A stretch of 64,000 nt of DNA, taken from assembly GCA_022605425.2 (NCBI GenBank), contig CM061256.1, positions 186,001 through 250,000 on the forward strand, given 5' to 3'. The notes beneath the pieces were generated by a model. It was given only the letters and a program-made list of their open reading frames with translations. It was not told the DNA's origin and did no database searches. Source of the DNA: Hamiltosporidium tvaerminnensis FI-OER-3-3. Lineage: Eukaryota > Fungi > Microsporidia. The first letter of the stretch is position 1. Every line of letters begins with the position of its first letter. The position numbers and the translations under genes were made by a program. Below are positions 10,946 through 23,589 of the stretch, one piece after another.

Positions 10946-11984
10946 CTCTCTTCTTTCTATTATCTTACTCTCCTCTTACTACCAACTAACAGTAACAACA
11001 ACCGTAACAACTACCAACTACCAGTAACAGTATATGACTCATACGTTTTTATTTATAAATTTACATTCAAAGTAATTTTAATAATTAATTTTAATAAATA
11101 AGAATTACGTAATAATAAGTAATAAGGTAGATATATATTACTAAGATTTATCTAATTAAATACTCGTATACTATCTAATACTCATCTACCTACCTATTTA
11201 CCTACCTACTTATATTACTATAGATTTATTTCTTATAATTTACCTTTTTATCTTGGAAAAAGAAAAAGTAAATTAAAGAAGAAAAAAAATAATTCATAAA
11301 TCTAATAATAACATATAGAATAATACTACTAGTGTTTTAATTCATAAAATCTAATAATACTAGATATTTAATGATCTAATAACATATAGAATAACAATAA
11401 AATAATACTAATATTGTAATTCATAAAATCTAATAATAATAGATATTTAATAATATAATAACATATAGAATATCAATAAAATAATACTAATATTGTAATT
11501 CATAAGATTCTAATAATTTTAATTTATTTGTAGAATTCTAGTGTAAGTAATATAAATAATTAATATGAAAAATGAATTATATGAGTAATATGATATTGTA
11601 ATATCTACTTATATAAATGTCTAAATTATTTAGATTATTTATTATTTAGTTTATTTATTATTAAGATCATTTGGTTTATTTAGTTCTCATCTTGTCTACT
11701 TATATAAATATTTAAATCTTTAAATCTTATATCAATAGATTATTTAGATTATTTAATTGTTAGTTCTTATCTTGTCTACTTATATAAATATTTAAATATT
11801 TAAATTTTTAAATCTTATATTTTTTTTGTTTATGCTGATTGCTATATCATTGTATATTAAATATATCTTAAAATGCATAAAAGAATTAATAATATAATAA
11901 AAAAAATATTGAGGTTAAAATATAAAGAGTATAAAGAGTATATAAAGTATTATATTATATTTAAACAAAGTGTTAAGGTATTTA

Positions 11985-12195
11985 GATTATATAGAATATA
12001 TAAAATATAAAGATTATAAAGAGTATATAGAATATATAGAATATATAGAATATATAGAATATATAGATTATATAGATTATATAGAGTATGAAGAATATAT
12101 AGAATGTATAGATTATATAGATTATATAGATTATATAGAATTAAAGAATATATAGAATATATAGAATATATAGATTATATAGAGTATAAAGAGTA
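11985..12195. repeat. 9-bp tandem repeat (TATATAGAA/T)
   Basis: Directly visible. It generates the spurious YIE/YID ORF 11970-12155. Confidence 0.9.
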
Positions 12196-13684
12196 TTGTA
12201 AGACTTATAACTATTATATCCAAATATCCTCTTATCTCATATTTTTAAAAAATCTATTTATTTATTTTTTAATATAAAAAAATATATTATTTTTTTCTTA
12301 ATTATGACTTTTTTTTGATTTTGTTACAAATTAGATAAATTAATTTATTTTTTTTTTATTTCCTTAAAATTTATATTGAATTTTTTAATTTCCTTAAAAT
12401 TTATATTGAATTTTTTTTTTTTAAAAAAATATTTCTTTTAAATATACTATATATGGAAATATTTTTGAAAGAAATTTTTAAAAAATCAAAATATTTTTTT
12501 TTGTGATTTTTTAAGGAAATATTTTTTAGAGATATTTTTTAGGTGATTTTTTAAGGAAATATTTTTTAAAGATATTTAAGGTGATTTTTGAGGATATGTT
12601 TAAGATGATATTTTTAGAGATATTTAAGGTGATTTTTTTAGTGATGAGGTTTTAAAAAATAAAATCAGAATTGATTTGAGAATTTTGAACTTAAAAAAAT
12701 GATAAAAATATTATTTTTTATGATTTTTTCAAATCAAAAATTAAGGAATTCAATAAAAAATAATAATATCAAATAAAAAAAAATAAAGTAAAAATGAAAA
12801 TTAAGAAAATCAAATAAAAAAAAATAAAGGAAAAATTAAAAAAAATAAAGTAAAAATGAAAAATAAGAAAATCAAATAAAAAAAAAATAAAGTAAAAATG
12901 AAAATTAAGAAAATCAAATAAAAAAAAAATAAAAAAAAAATAAAGTAAAAAATAAGGAATTAAAATATGGAAAAGATATTTTGATTAAAAACAGTAAAGA
13001 ATAAAAATATAAAGAAAAATGAAATGTAAAATGAAAGAGTAAGGAAAATATATTTTGATTTAAAAAGTAAAGAATAAAAAAATGAAGAAATATGAGAAAA
13101 TAGTGAATTAGATAACAGAATTATAATGAAAATTAAAAATAAATATTTATTAAATATTATCTACTTTGTATTATATTAACTTACTATTAATTATTTTATA
13201 ATTATATATAAAGACTACTATTCTATATTTAAAGAAAACTTTGGTTTCTCATAATATTTCATTTGTAAAATTGTTCTTAATTATAATGTTTAATGATACA
13301 TAATCTCTTTATTGTTATGTGAATTTGTACTAATCTACTTAATGTTGAGTATCTGTTCTTATTATTTTCATTGGTATTTATTTTTAAATCAGTATGAATT
13401 ATCAAATAAACAATAATATTTGTTTTCTTATTATGAACTAGTTGTATTTTATTTTATATTCAAAGATTTCTAAGATGAACTTTACTCTATTTAGTTTGTA
13501 TGCTATTTCAGTAATGGAATACAAAAATACTTTTTTTGTGCATATGATACATCTTATTATACAGCAATAAGGGATTCTTATTCAATTTAATTCTTAAAAT
13601 GTTAGATGAAACTTGTAAATTTTAACTTAGAAGTAGATAAAAGATGGCTTATTATAATGTATATACTTGATTAGTATTAGCATG

Positions 13685-14370
13685 ATGGAGAGTGAATAAT
13701 TACATAAAAAACTATCTGCTCAGCAATGATTAATGGAAATTAGATGAAAACTATTGTTTATATTCTTAGATGTTGTATGGGAAGTCGTATACATGAAGAA
13801 AAGGTTTAAAAACATGATATTTTTTTCGACAAATCTTATTTGTAGTTTTTTATGTAACTAGAATGGAAACATGACAATGTATGTAGGTAATTGCTCTAGA
13901 AAAGCTTGGAAGCCTAAGCCTTTCTAACTTGGGGTAGAAGATTTATCGCTTGCAAGATATGAAAAACATATACTTTTGAAGCCAAAAAAAGCCAATTATT
14001 AGGATATACGTGTTGGTATAGCATTGCATTTTCTAGCTGAAGCTTATGTAGGTCGCCAAAATATATTTTAGACAGAAATGTTTTGTATGCTGAAAGAGTA
14101 GAGTAAGTTAAAATGCTGTTTAGTCTTGGGAAGCCACAGATGAGCTTTAACCTACGATCACAAACCATGCAACGAACATTAACGAACACTTGGCAATTTC
14201 CTCTCCAATTAATTGAGTTCCACACACCTTTTAGATGTAAGCCTTTGAGATATAAACATCGTAAGAAATACGGATGAAGTGTTAAAAAATAATTATTTAT
14301 GTTAAACCTAGAACAGCGTTAATGCCATGAAAACAAATATAAAATCCTTCTGTTATAAAAAGATGTGATA
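13685..14370 (+). mobile_element. Unclassified ~700-bp dispersed repeat, copy B (diverged)
   Basis: Shares blocks TTTGTAGTTTTTTATGTAAC, GTAGGTAATTGC, CCATGCAACGAACATTAACGAAC and ATTTATGTTAAACCTAGAAC with the other copies. Confidence 0.8.
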
Positions 14371-14789
14371 TATACGTCTCAAATATTTTAAAATACCCTT
14401 TTTTTTATTTCCCTTTCTCTGTTTATATATTAAATACTATGCTCATAATATATACTTATAAGTTTCATCACTTAATTAAAAGTAAAAACTAAATTCAAAA
14501 TATCTTATAATCTCATTATATGTCTACATATTCTTTCAAATCTTCTTTTCTAATACTTTATAGTTCTTATAATCTATCACTCTTAATAATATTCGTCTGT
14601 TCAATAAATATTTAATAAGGGTTCTATTTACTTAATTTTAAACTTTATAACCATTAAATATCATTATAAGTATATTTAATAAGACTATTACAATAATATG
14701 TATCACTATAGTATTATAAGTATATTACTATATAGTACATATTACTTTAATATCTTATAATTACCAACACATATACTTCTAGTATTCTA

Positions 14790-15300
14790 CTTCCTTATAC
14801 TTACTTACAAATATACCTCTTATAACTAACACCCTTATAATTACCTCCATATCCCATATATTTAACACTCTTTATTATACTTCTAATATTCTAACATCCT
14901 TATAATTACCACCATATCCCATATATTTAACACTCTTATACTTACAAATATACCTCTTATAACTAATACCCTTATAATTACCTCCATACCCCATATATTT
15001 AACACCCTTTATTATACTTACAAATATACCTCTTATAACTAATACCCTTATAATTACCTCCATATCCCATATATTTAACACTCTTATACTTACAAATATA
15101 CCTCTTATAACTAACACCCTTATAATTACCTCCATATCCCATTAATTAACACCCTTTATTATACTTCTAATATTCTAACATCTTTATAACTACAAACACA
15201 TATACTTCTATCATTAACACCCTTATACCATCATAATATATACCTCTTGTAATTAACACCCTTTACCCAACATTCTTGTAATTAACACCCCCCCTTGTAC
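14790..15300. repeat. C-rich minisatellites (TAACACCCTT core) upstream of the TBC gene
   Basis: Repeated ATACTTACAAATATACCTCTTATAACTAA(C/T)ACCCTTATAATTACCTCCATATCCCATATATTTAACAC. Confidence 0.9.
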
Positions 15301-15365
15301 TGATTTCTTTCTTGAAACACCAAATATTAAAAAAAACAGTAAAAAAAACCAAAAAAACAAACAAA

Positions 15366-16583
15366 ATGAAAAACCAACAAAAAAAAGAAGAAAGAAGAGA
15401 AAACAACAGCAGGAAAACAAAAGAATGTAAAGAAACTTTAAAAGAAACAGCTAGAGAAATAAATTCTGTAGCAACGAATTATGGAGACACAAGAAATTCT
15501 GGAGAATCAAGAAATTCTGTAGCAACGAATTATGGAGACACAAGAAATTCTGGAGAAACGAATTTTGTAGCAACGAATTCCAAGGAAATAAATTCTAAAA
15601 CTACAACTGATATACTCACCAATACCACATCCCTCTCCACCGATGACACTACTACTAATGACGAGACCAGAAAAATGTACGTCTCACCCAACAAACCACT
15701 CCCCTCTCTCCCTACTGACATATACGGTTTCCTCACCTCCACACCCACCCACACCACCTACGACACAGAACTTACCCGTAAATGGCATACTTACCTCAAA
15801 GACAACAACCTCCGCAAAATTTCAAAACTAGTTTTCCGTGGCATACCACTCTTCCTGAAATACAAAACCTGGTCCTTATTTGTAAACCCCCATCCCATCG
15901 ACACATACCCCCTCCTACACACACACCCATGCGGCTACGAATACCAGATACACGTAGACGTACAAAGAACATTCCGCCGCCACATCCTATTCACCGACAG
16001 TTACGGTATAGGCCAATCCAGATTATTCAACATACTCTGTGCATTTGCCACCTACACACCACAAATAGGATATTGTCAAGGAATGTCAAGTTTCACATCA
16101 ATACTTCTAATGTATTTTCCCGAGAAGCAAGCATTTGAAATGTTAACATCAATAATATCCAACAACAATTTACATTCACTTTTTGACAAAACCTTATCTA
16201 AATTAAATTTAATATTAGAAATACAAATATATATTTTTAAAAAAAATATACCAAACATATATAAACACATGTCTTATAATAAAATAGAACCTTCTTTATA
16301 TATATATGGATGGTATCTTACTTTATTTACAAGATTTCCTATACAATTAGTTTTAAGAATTTGGGATATTTTTTTATTTTATGGATTTCCTATTCTTCTT
16401 GTCAGTGCCAGTTCTATATTAAAAGAACATGAAATACTTATTTTGGAAAGTCAAGAAGAACAATTGATAGAAGTTGTTAATAAAATTGAAGGATTAAGTT
16501 TTAATGTAGAAAGAGTTATTAAGAATTTGAAAGTATTTATAAAGCAATTAGACATGAGTGAGATAAGAAGGAAATTAGGGTAA
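15366..16583 (+). CDS. TBC-domain Rab GTPase-activating protein
   Basis: RGIP...QIHVDVQRTF (IxxDxxR arginine finger), GYCQGM (glutamine finger), W.LTLF...LVLRIWD. The first ATG is at 15366; the track start at 15312 is TTG. Confidence 0.95.
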   Translation: MKNQQKKEERRENNSRKTKECKETLKETAREINSVATNYGDTRNSGESRNSVATNYGDTRNSGETNFVATNSKEINSKTTTDILTNTTSLSTDDTTTNDETRKMYVSPNKPLPSLPTDIYGFLTSTPTHTTYDTELTRKWHTYLKDNNLRKISKLVFRGIPLFLKYKTWSLFVNPHPIDTYPLLHTHPCGYEYQIHVDVQRTFRRHILFTDSYGIGQSRLFNILCAFATYTPQIGYCQGMSSFTSILLMYFPEKQAFEMLTSIISNNNLHSLFDKTLSKLNLILEIQIYIFKKNIPNIYKHMSYNKIEPSLYIYGWYLTLFTRFPIQLVLRIWDIFLFYGFPILLVSASSILKEHEILILESQEEQLIEVVNKIEGLSFNVERVIKNLKVFIKQLDMSEIRRKLG

Positions 16584-16864
16584 AGTATGGTAATATTAGT
16601 GTGTTAGTGTGTTAGTGTTAGATATATGTTAGATATTAGGGTTAGATATTAGTGCTATTAGATATTCTATTAGATATCATTATTAGATATTATTATTAGA
16701 TTTTGTAATAGTAGTATTATTAGTATTATGTTAGATATTAGTAATATGTATGTTATTATTGGTGTTATTAGTGTTAGATATTAAATATTAGATATTATTA
16801 GATTGTAGAGGATAATAAATAAAACATTAAAATAATAATTTTATTAGTATAATTATAAGTAATA

Positions 16865-17300
16865 ATAGGGTGTTAACAATAGTATAGATTATTATAAGGG
16901 TGTTAACAATAGTATAGATTATTATAAGGGTGTTAATTATGTATATAATACTATAAGGGTGTTAATTATGTATATAATACTATAAGGGTGTTAACAATAG
17001 TATAGATTATTATAAGGGTGTTAATTATGTATATAATACTAACACAGTGTTAATCATATATCTAATACTAACAGGGTGTTAATCATATATCTAATACTAA
17101 CACGGTGTTAATCATATATATAACATAGTAACATATCCCACTATAATACTAACAATACTAAATATCCTTATAATACTAAAAATACTAACATATCCTACTA
17201 TAATACTAACATATTCTAACATATACCATACTATAATACCAATATACCATACTAACCCTATCCCATACTATACTACCAACATACCATACTAACATATCCC
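16865..17300. repeat. 29-bp AAGGGTGTTAA repeats switching to C-rich repeats
   Basis: TATAAGGGTGTTAA(C/T) units at 16865-17040, palindromic TAACAC-N-GTGTTA at 17040-17110, then ATACTAAC/ATACCA repeats. Confidence 0.85.
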
Positions 17301-17401
17301 ACATATACTAACACTACTATATCTCTTACATTGTATTATATCTTCTCTTACAGTTTCATATCACATCCTTTTAAACATCCACACAAAAAACAACATAAAA
17401 A

Positions 17402-18115
17402 ATGCATTCAAAAAACAAAATAGGAAAAATATTAAAATTATTCTTTACATTCCTACAGTCCTTATTATTTATAACAGGAATATCTATATCACTTATATTT
17501 ATAACCCTTTATATTAAAGAACATAGATTGTTAGAAATACCTTTTAAATTACTTATATATGTTATTGTTATAGGGGTGTTATTTATAAGTATATCAGTAA
17601 CAGGAATAATAATATCAACAGCTAGTAGTAGTAGTAGGAGGAGGAGGGGGGAAGTTAGGGGTGAGGGTAATAGTAATAAAGATAATAGTATAGATAATAG
17701 TAATAAAGATACTAAGGATAAAGACACTAAGGATAAAAATATAAATACCACACACAACACACATGTTCTTAATACCCTTTATGTTATATTGTCTTTAACA
17801 CTACTAAACATATTACTAATAAACATAATAAAACATAACAAATCTATAAGTAAAATAAGAGGGTATGCAAGTGGTAGGTGGAATAGGTTAAGTGAGAGAC
17901 AAAAGGTTTTTATACAGAATAGGTTAGAGTGTTGTGGTTATAGTAATAGTAGTGATAGGGTTGGTGGTAAAGGGTGTGTTAGTAGTGTAGGGTGTGGTGA
18001 TAGGTTTGTTAAGATTGGAGAGAGTGTTAAGCTTGCTGTACAGAGAATATGGGTTAGTGTGTTCTTTATAGTGTCAATGAGTTTAGCCATACTAGCAATA
18101 CTAAAGATGAAGTAG
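17402..18115 (+). CDS. Tetraspanin-like membrane protein
   Basis: Four hydrophobic segments and IQNRLECCG...C...GC in the large loop between TM3 and TM4. Confidence 0.85.
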   Translation: MHSKNKIGKILKLFFTFLQSLLFITGISISLIFITLYIKEHRLLEIPFKLLIYVIVIGVLFISISVTGIIISTASSSSRRRRGEVRGEGNSNKDNSIDNSNKDTKDKDTKDKNINTTHNTHVLNTLYVILSLTLLNILLINIIKHNKSISKIRGYASGRWNRLSERQKVFIQNRLECCGYSNSSDRVGGKGCVSSVGCGDRFVKIGESVKLAVQRIWVSVFFIVSMSLAILAILKMK

Positions 18116-18244
18116 TAGAAGTGATATAGGGATAGTGTTAGGTATTATATTAGGGTTAGGGTTAGATGGTTTGATTGTTTAGATAAATATGGTTAGGGGT
18201 AGTATTGTTTATATAAATAGGGTTAATATTCTTTATATTATTTA

Positions 18245-21200
18245 ATAAAATTCTGGGTTAAAATATTTTTATGATTTTATATGTTTTCTTCTACCACTTG
18301 AACCACTGCTGTCTATTCTTCCAACTCCAACTCTTCATTTGATTTAGTTGTTGGTTCTTTTGCTGTGGTTATGCAATCCTAAATAAGGGGTAAAATATTT
18401 TCTGTATTTTCCGTTTTAACACCATCTTCCTCTCTCTTCTCTTCTTTTAAAGGGGGTGTTGGTTCCTCATGCATCTCTGCTCTCATAATAACACCCATTG
18501 ACCCTCTCTCTGCACTCTCTTCGGCATTTAGTCCTGACTCAAGTCCTCTTCGTCGATCAAAGGAAATTGTTTCGACTGTCTTCTTAAGTACTAAGGACTG
18601 AATGTATGCCTCTACATTCAGGAATATTTCTAGTCTTTTAATATGAGATTTATGGTATTTTGTCACAATACCGTCCCAGGTCATCACATAAGGGATTATC
18701 TCAACACTACACTTATAAATAAGGCCCAACTCATTGGCTAGCAGGTCATACTTCCTAAGTTTTTCAGTTTCAACTATTTGAAGTGAATCTTGGGAAGTGA
18801 TTCCTACTTCAATGAGTGTTATCTTATTCTTCTTCTTATCCAAAATAAATATGTCCGGTCTGTTATTCCGAATTTTAACATCAGTTTTAATTCAGGTGTC
18901 CACTCTTATCTCTGCATACTCATTATCAAGAATTTCTTGAACTGAGTGGCTCCTTATTCGTTTTGAGGACTTAAACTTATATCTATTTAAGAGAAGTAGG
19001 TGTAGGCATTTAACCACTTCATTATGCCGTCTGGTATAGTCATGGCCTAGCATTTTTTCACATATAGTTGCTAAATGATCTACAGTCTTACCAGACTTCC
19101 CGCAATGTTGACACACACCATCTGCTCCCCAGAATACATTTCTATCCTGGATATAGCAGAACACAGCTTCATTTCGTGGCCTAATATTTCCTCTCTTTAA
19201 CCATCTTGAAGAGTCACTAACACTCACAAGCTCATTTTTTCTTGCATTATATAACTTTGAATGAAGTTTTCGTTTTTCTATTTCGTTATATAGTTTTGCA
19301 AGTTGAGTTTCTTCTAAACTTTTCTTAGTGACTTCTTCTACTAACCTGTACTTTACTTTTAAGAAGCCTTTTATTAGTGCAAGATGGGTTTTATTATTAT
19401 TCTCCACCTTGAAGATTGTTGCTCATCTAGTGTATATTTCTTTACTTTTTTCCAGACAATCCAAGAGTTGCAGAAGCATATGTTCGCTTCGCAACTCAAC
19501 ACTATGTAGGCCTCTTCCAAGTTCTGTTCTAGGAAGGTATAGACGCTCTTTACATCCTGGGCGGAGATGTATTTTATTCTTCACCAACACCGCACGCACT
19601 GCATCATCTAGCTTAGAGAAGTCAGCCGGTTCAAGTCGAAGTACTCCTATGTGATAGTTGATTGACGATATCGCATGTTGATTGATTGCAGAAAATAAAT
19701 TTTTTGCATTTAATCTAGTGTGACAAAGTCTTTCAACTCTTGATATAGGTTTACTTTGTACTTCTTCAAATGAGCTACGTGTTGGAATTCCTCTGCTATC
19801 TTCTATTATTCCTAAATATTTGTAAACACTAACACCTTCTAGAAGAGTAGCAGTATCTTCACAACACGTATCATTTGTGGCTGACTTCTCTTTGTTAATC
19901 TCTAACCCAATCACCTCTAAAAATTCCTTTTCCTCGCCTGTCATAGCACTCAATGTCGAACTGTCTTTAGCAAGGAGCTTTTAGATCCTTAATAAAAAAG
20001 AGATGATTAGTAGAATGGGATTCTGCATCTGTTTGTACTGTCACTTTTGTGTATTTTTCATTAAGCTTTCGGCTCAATGGGTCTATACACAACGCAAACA
20101 AGAATATTGACAAATTATCTCCCTACAGAATCCCTCTCTTAATCTTCTGCGTATGATTTTTTTTGGTTCTACTCATATATCAATTTTTCATTTTGATATA
20201 ATTACCTTATAAATTTCAGGATCCAATCAGGTAAATTAAAGTTATCAATGCATTGAGTTAAATAAGCATGATCTATTAAATCATAAGCTTTTTTAACATC
20301 AATCCATGTTACCTTAAGATTATTTCCATACTCTTTATTTAAGGCAATATTCAGTAGAGCCTGCTCTTTCGCTCCCTGCACACCTCTTACCGCCCCTAAT
20401 TGGTTCTCTGCAAGATACCCTCGCCTTTCCACTTCAATTTGAACAACTTTCGTTACGCACTTTGTCGTTAACTTATAGAGGTTTGACATACAAGTGATTG
20501 GCCTGTAGTCAGAGCCTCTTCGTGGAATTCCTTTCGGTATCAAATACGTAAGCCCGCAGTAAAATCAATCAGCTTGAGGTGTTCCTTCTAAACATATAAC
20601 TTTCACAATATCATAAAGATATTTGTGAAGAGTTGTAAGTTTCTTAATGAAAAAATTGTAAATATCATCAATTCCAGCAGCGATCCAATTGAGAAGCCAA
20701 TTAATGATATTTACAAGTTCATCAAGTGAAGGAAACGTGGTCGAATGATTATCTGATGCAAATGGAATCAAATAATCATCATACGTGAAAGTGTCATCAT
20801 TTTTGTTCCACATTGTAGATCAAAAACTTACAATTTCATCACGATTAACCACATGCTCGGACTCCACACGCTCAGATAACCCACGATAAAATCGTTTTTG
20901 AAAAAACTCAAACATACGATTCTCTTTTCGGAATTGCTTCCTACTTTCATGCATCGTAATTTTTTTCTCGTACACATTAAAACCTCATTCTTCTTAACTA
21001 AAGCCTCAGAAAGATCAGTTACGCTGCTCAAGTTTAAATTAAACTCTCGCATGATTTTCTTAAGGCTCTTCGTTTCCGAAGTGGAGAGCTTTTCCTGCTT
21101 ACGAGCCTTCTCGAGAAGATCTTTGAAAAGTACTAACTTAGAAATTTTACTTTCTATGTTTTCCTTCCAAGCGGATCTAGGCTTCTCCTTACGTGTTTCC

Positions 21201-21900
21201 TCGTCATATCCTTTCTGGGCCGCCTGGATAATTCTAGCTGCATCACTAACATTCTTAGGCACATGAGATTCAGCATATTTACCAGTGATTTGATTTATGA
21301 GTTCCAAAACTTTACTTTCAACCAATTCACTTGGAAGTTTTCTAGTTCGGACCACTACATTCTCGATTTCCTTCTCAGAGAGTTCCTTGATTTTACACAA
21401 GAACTTTTCTCTTAGGTTCATATAGAGTGTAGTGTCAGTTAAGGAACATGCATGGCTCGGCGAGACAAGTGGCGAATTTACGTCGCTCTCCATTCTCTTC
21501 CTGCCTTATTTCCCTTTCTGCCTCATTATGTGTTAATTTTTTTACCACATCGATATTAAAAGTTCGACCAAATTTCCCATTATAGTACCTAAGAATTGCA
21601 AACCAGCCATTTCTAGGCATTCTCTCAAACCTTTTTTGCACTGCTGACATAGTAGATATAGGCCATTCCTGCTCTATGGCTGTGACAGAGTCAAGTATTG
21701 AATGCAATACCATTAGTCAATTTCCTTCTGGAATGGCAGGTGCATTGAGGTTTTCATTGTGTTGGCTGGTTCACACGCAGAAGAATCGGGACCGGAAGAA
21801 TGAGGTGTGGAATCGAGCAGGTTGACTGGAGTAAATGAAACGTAGTGCTCGATGGGAAGTGGGTGTTATTACGGATGGTCGGTTGTGGTGGAAGTGTCTC
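18245..21900 (-). mobile_element. Near-full-length non-LTR retrotransposon, RLE type (R4/Dong-like), inactivated
   Basis: RT motifs YRPITC, WIDVKKAYD, GIL*GD, YKYLG; CCHC knuckle CQHC..DH...C; RRHN; PD...IEV...K restriction-like endonuclease. Broken by several stops and frameshifts, with the catalytic DD region altered (ATTAAGGAT). The 5' boundary is approximate. Confidence 0.92.
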
Positions 21901-22310
21901 GGATATAGTCACTACATCTCTATCACATGTTTTTGTCTCTTTTAAACTAATTTCCGAGTTGTTTACAACCTTTATTTCTTCATTTTTTATATTTTCGCTG
22001 TCAACTTTTTTTCTTCTACCCATTGTCTTATTATATAGATAAAAATAAAAGGTAATAAAATATAAAAATAAACCTACTTTAATCTTATCCCTTACTATCT
22101 CTTACTACCTCTTATACTTACTATCTCTTACTACAACTTATCCTTACTATCTCTTATTTCTACTAACTACTTACTATCTCTTACTACCTCTTATCCTTAC
22201 TACTTATTATCCCTGCTAACTACTAACCACTTCTACTACTTACTAACCCCCTCCTACCTACTACTACTTACTACTAACACCCTCTACTACCTACTAACAC
22301 CCCGCCCAAA

Positions 22311-23489
22311 CTACCCAACAATCTTTTTCTCTTTATATACTTTTACTTCTGTTGGTGGCATACCTTCTAACACTTTATATTCTTCTTTAATCTTTTCATC
22401 AATTTCTTGTATTTGTTTATTAAGTCTTAACATATTAGGTTCAATTTTTTTTTCAAATTCTTCTTTTTTTTTAAACAATTCTTCTATGCATCTATCTATA
22501 TCTTGATAATTCTTAGGAAGATTAACTTGTACTTGATTAAGCAATGATATAAGACTAATAGGCATAGTAAAAGTTTGATGAGAAATTGGTATTTTTTTTA
22601 CTGCTTCTATTATACTATTAAAATTATCAGAATCTAATTTATATTTCTCTTCTATTAAATTATTACGTTGTATTTCATATTCTTTAATACGTATTTTTAT
22701 ATGTTTTTTTGATTCTTCGATTTCTGTTTGTTTTTTTATTTCTTGTAAATGCTTTTCGTATATTTCTTGCTTTTTTCTTATTTCTTCGTTTTGTTCTTTT
22801 CTTTTTGACATTAAATCTTTTTTCTTTTTGTTAAGGTCTTCTATCTTGTTTTCATAGTCAATTATAGAATTTGATTTTGTTTTTCCTTGGGTTTTTAGTT
22901 TTTCAAGTTCGGTTTTTATGCTTAAAATTTGTTCTTTTTCTGTTTTTATTTGAGTTTGAATTTCGTTTAATTCTTTGTTAAGTTTTTCAAGTTTTTCTTC
23001 GTATTTGGATAATTCTTCTTCTTTGGTTTTTATTGTGCCGAAACTGCGTTTTTTACGGGATATTTCTGAGAGTTGGCTGGCTATCATTTTTTCTTCTTGT
23101 GCTGTCACTTTCTTCTTAAGAAGGTGAGATTTTAAATCACTTTCTTGTTTCTCGAGCTGTGAGAAATTGTCGATGTGCAGTTTCTTCTTTTCTGAATGCA
23201 TCTCGTTTTTTAAGGAAGTGTAGGTAGGAAGAATTTCTTGCTTTTTTGATATTAAAGTGTTACGAATACTTAATGTTGCCTTATGGTCAGTTTCTAGTTG
23301 GTCTTTCTTCTGATATAACTGTGTACGAGGTGAATTCTCACGTTGAAGTGCTATTTCTGTAGATACTTTGCTTTCATAGTCTTTTACTGTTTCAACTATG
23401 CTGTTTATTTCACTGTTTATGCGTGAAATAGCGTCGAGATGTTCTTTTATGCCAGGGACACGTCTTCGTTGTTGTGTATTTTCAGTCAT
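22311..23489 (-). CDS. Coiled-coil protein, Bfr1 / proton-pump-interactor-like
   Basis: Long heptad coiled coil. The segments 'EEKMIASQLSEISRKKRSF' and 'FTMPISLISLLNQVQVNLP...DIDRCIEEL..KK' resemble my recollection of fungal Bfr1 motifs. CCC motif upstream. Confidence 0.65.
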   Translation of the reverse strand: MTENTQQRRRVPGIKEHLDAISRINSEINSIVETVKDYESKVSTEIALQRENSPRTQLYQKKDQLETDHKATLSIRNTLISKKQEILPTYTSLKNEMHSEKKKLHIDNFSQLEKQESDLKSHLLKKKVTAQEEKMIASQLSEISRKKRSFGTIKTKEEELSKYEEKLEKLNKELNEIQTQIKTEKEQILSIKTELEKLKTQGKTKSNSIIDYENKIEDLNKKKKDLMSKRKEQNEEIRKKQEIYEKHLQEIKKQTEIEESKKHIKIRIKEYEIQRNNLIEEKYKLDSDNFNSIIEAVKKIPISHQTFTMPISLISLLNQVQVNLPKNYQDIDRCIEELFKKKEEFEKKIEPNMLRLNKQIQEIDEKIKEEYKVLEGMPPTEVKVYKEKKIVG

Positions 23490-23589
23490 AAAAATGGAGG
23501 GTCGTAAAAAATAATATTTACATAAATTTTTAAAGGAGAAAAAAATGGGTCTTTTAATTTAAATGGAAGGTCTCAATTAAGAAAATAAT

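Noticed and set aside
18151-18165. True telomere or chromosome end
   Set aside because: Only ~2.5 TTAGGG units, internal to the contig. It is used only as supporting context for the polarity finding.
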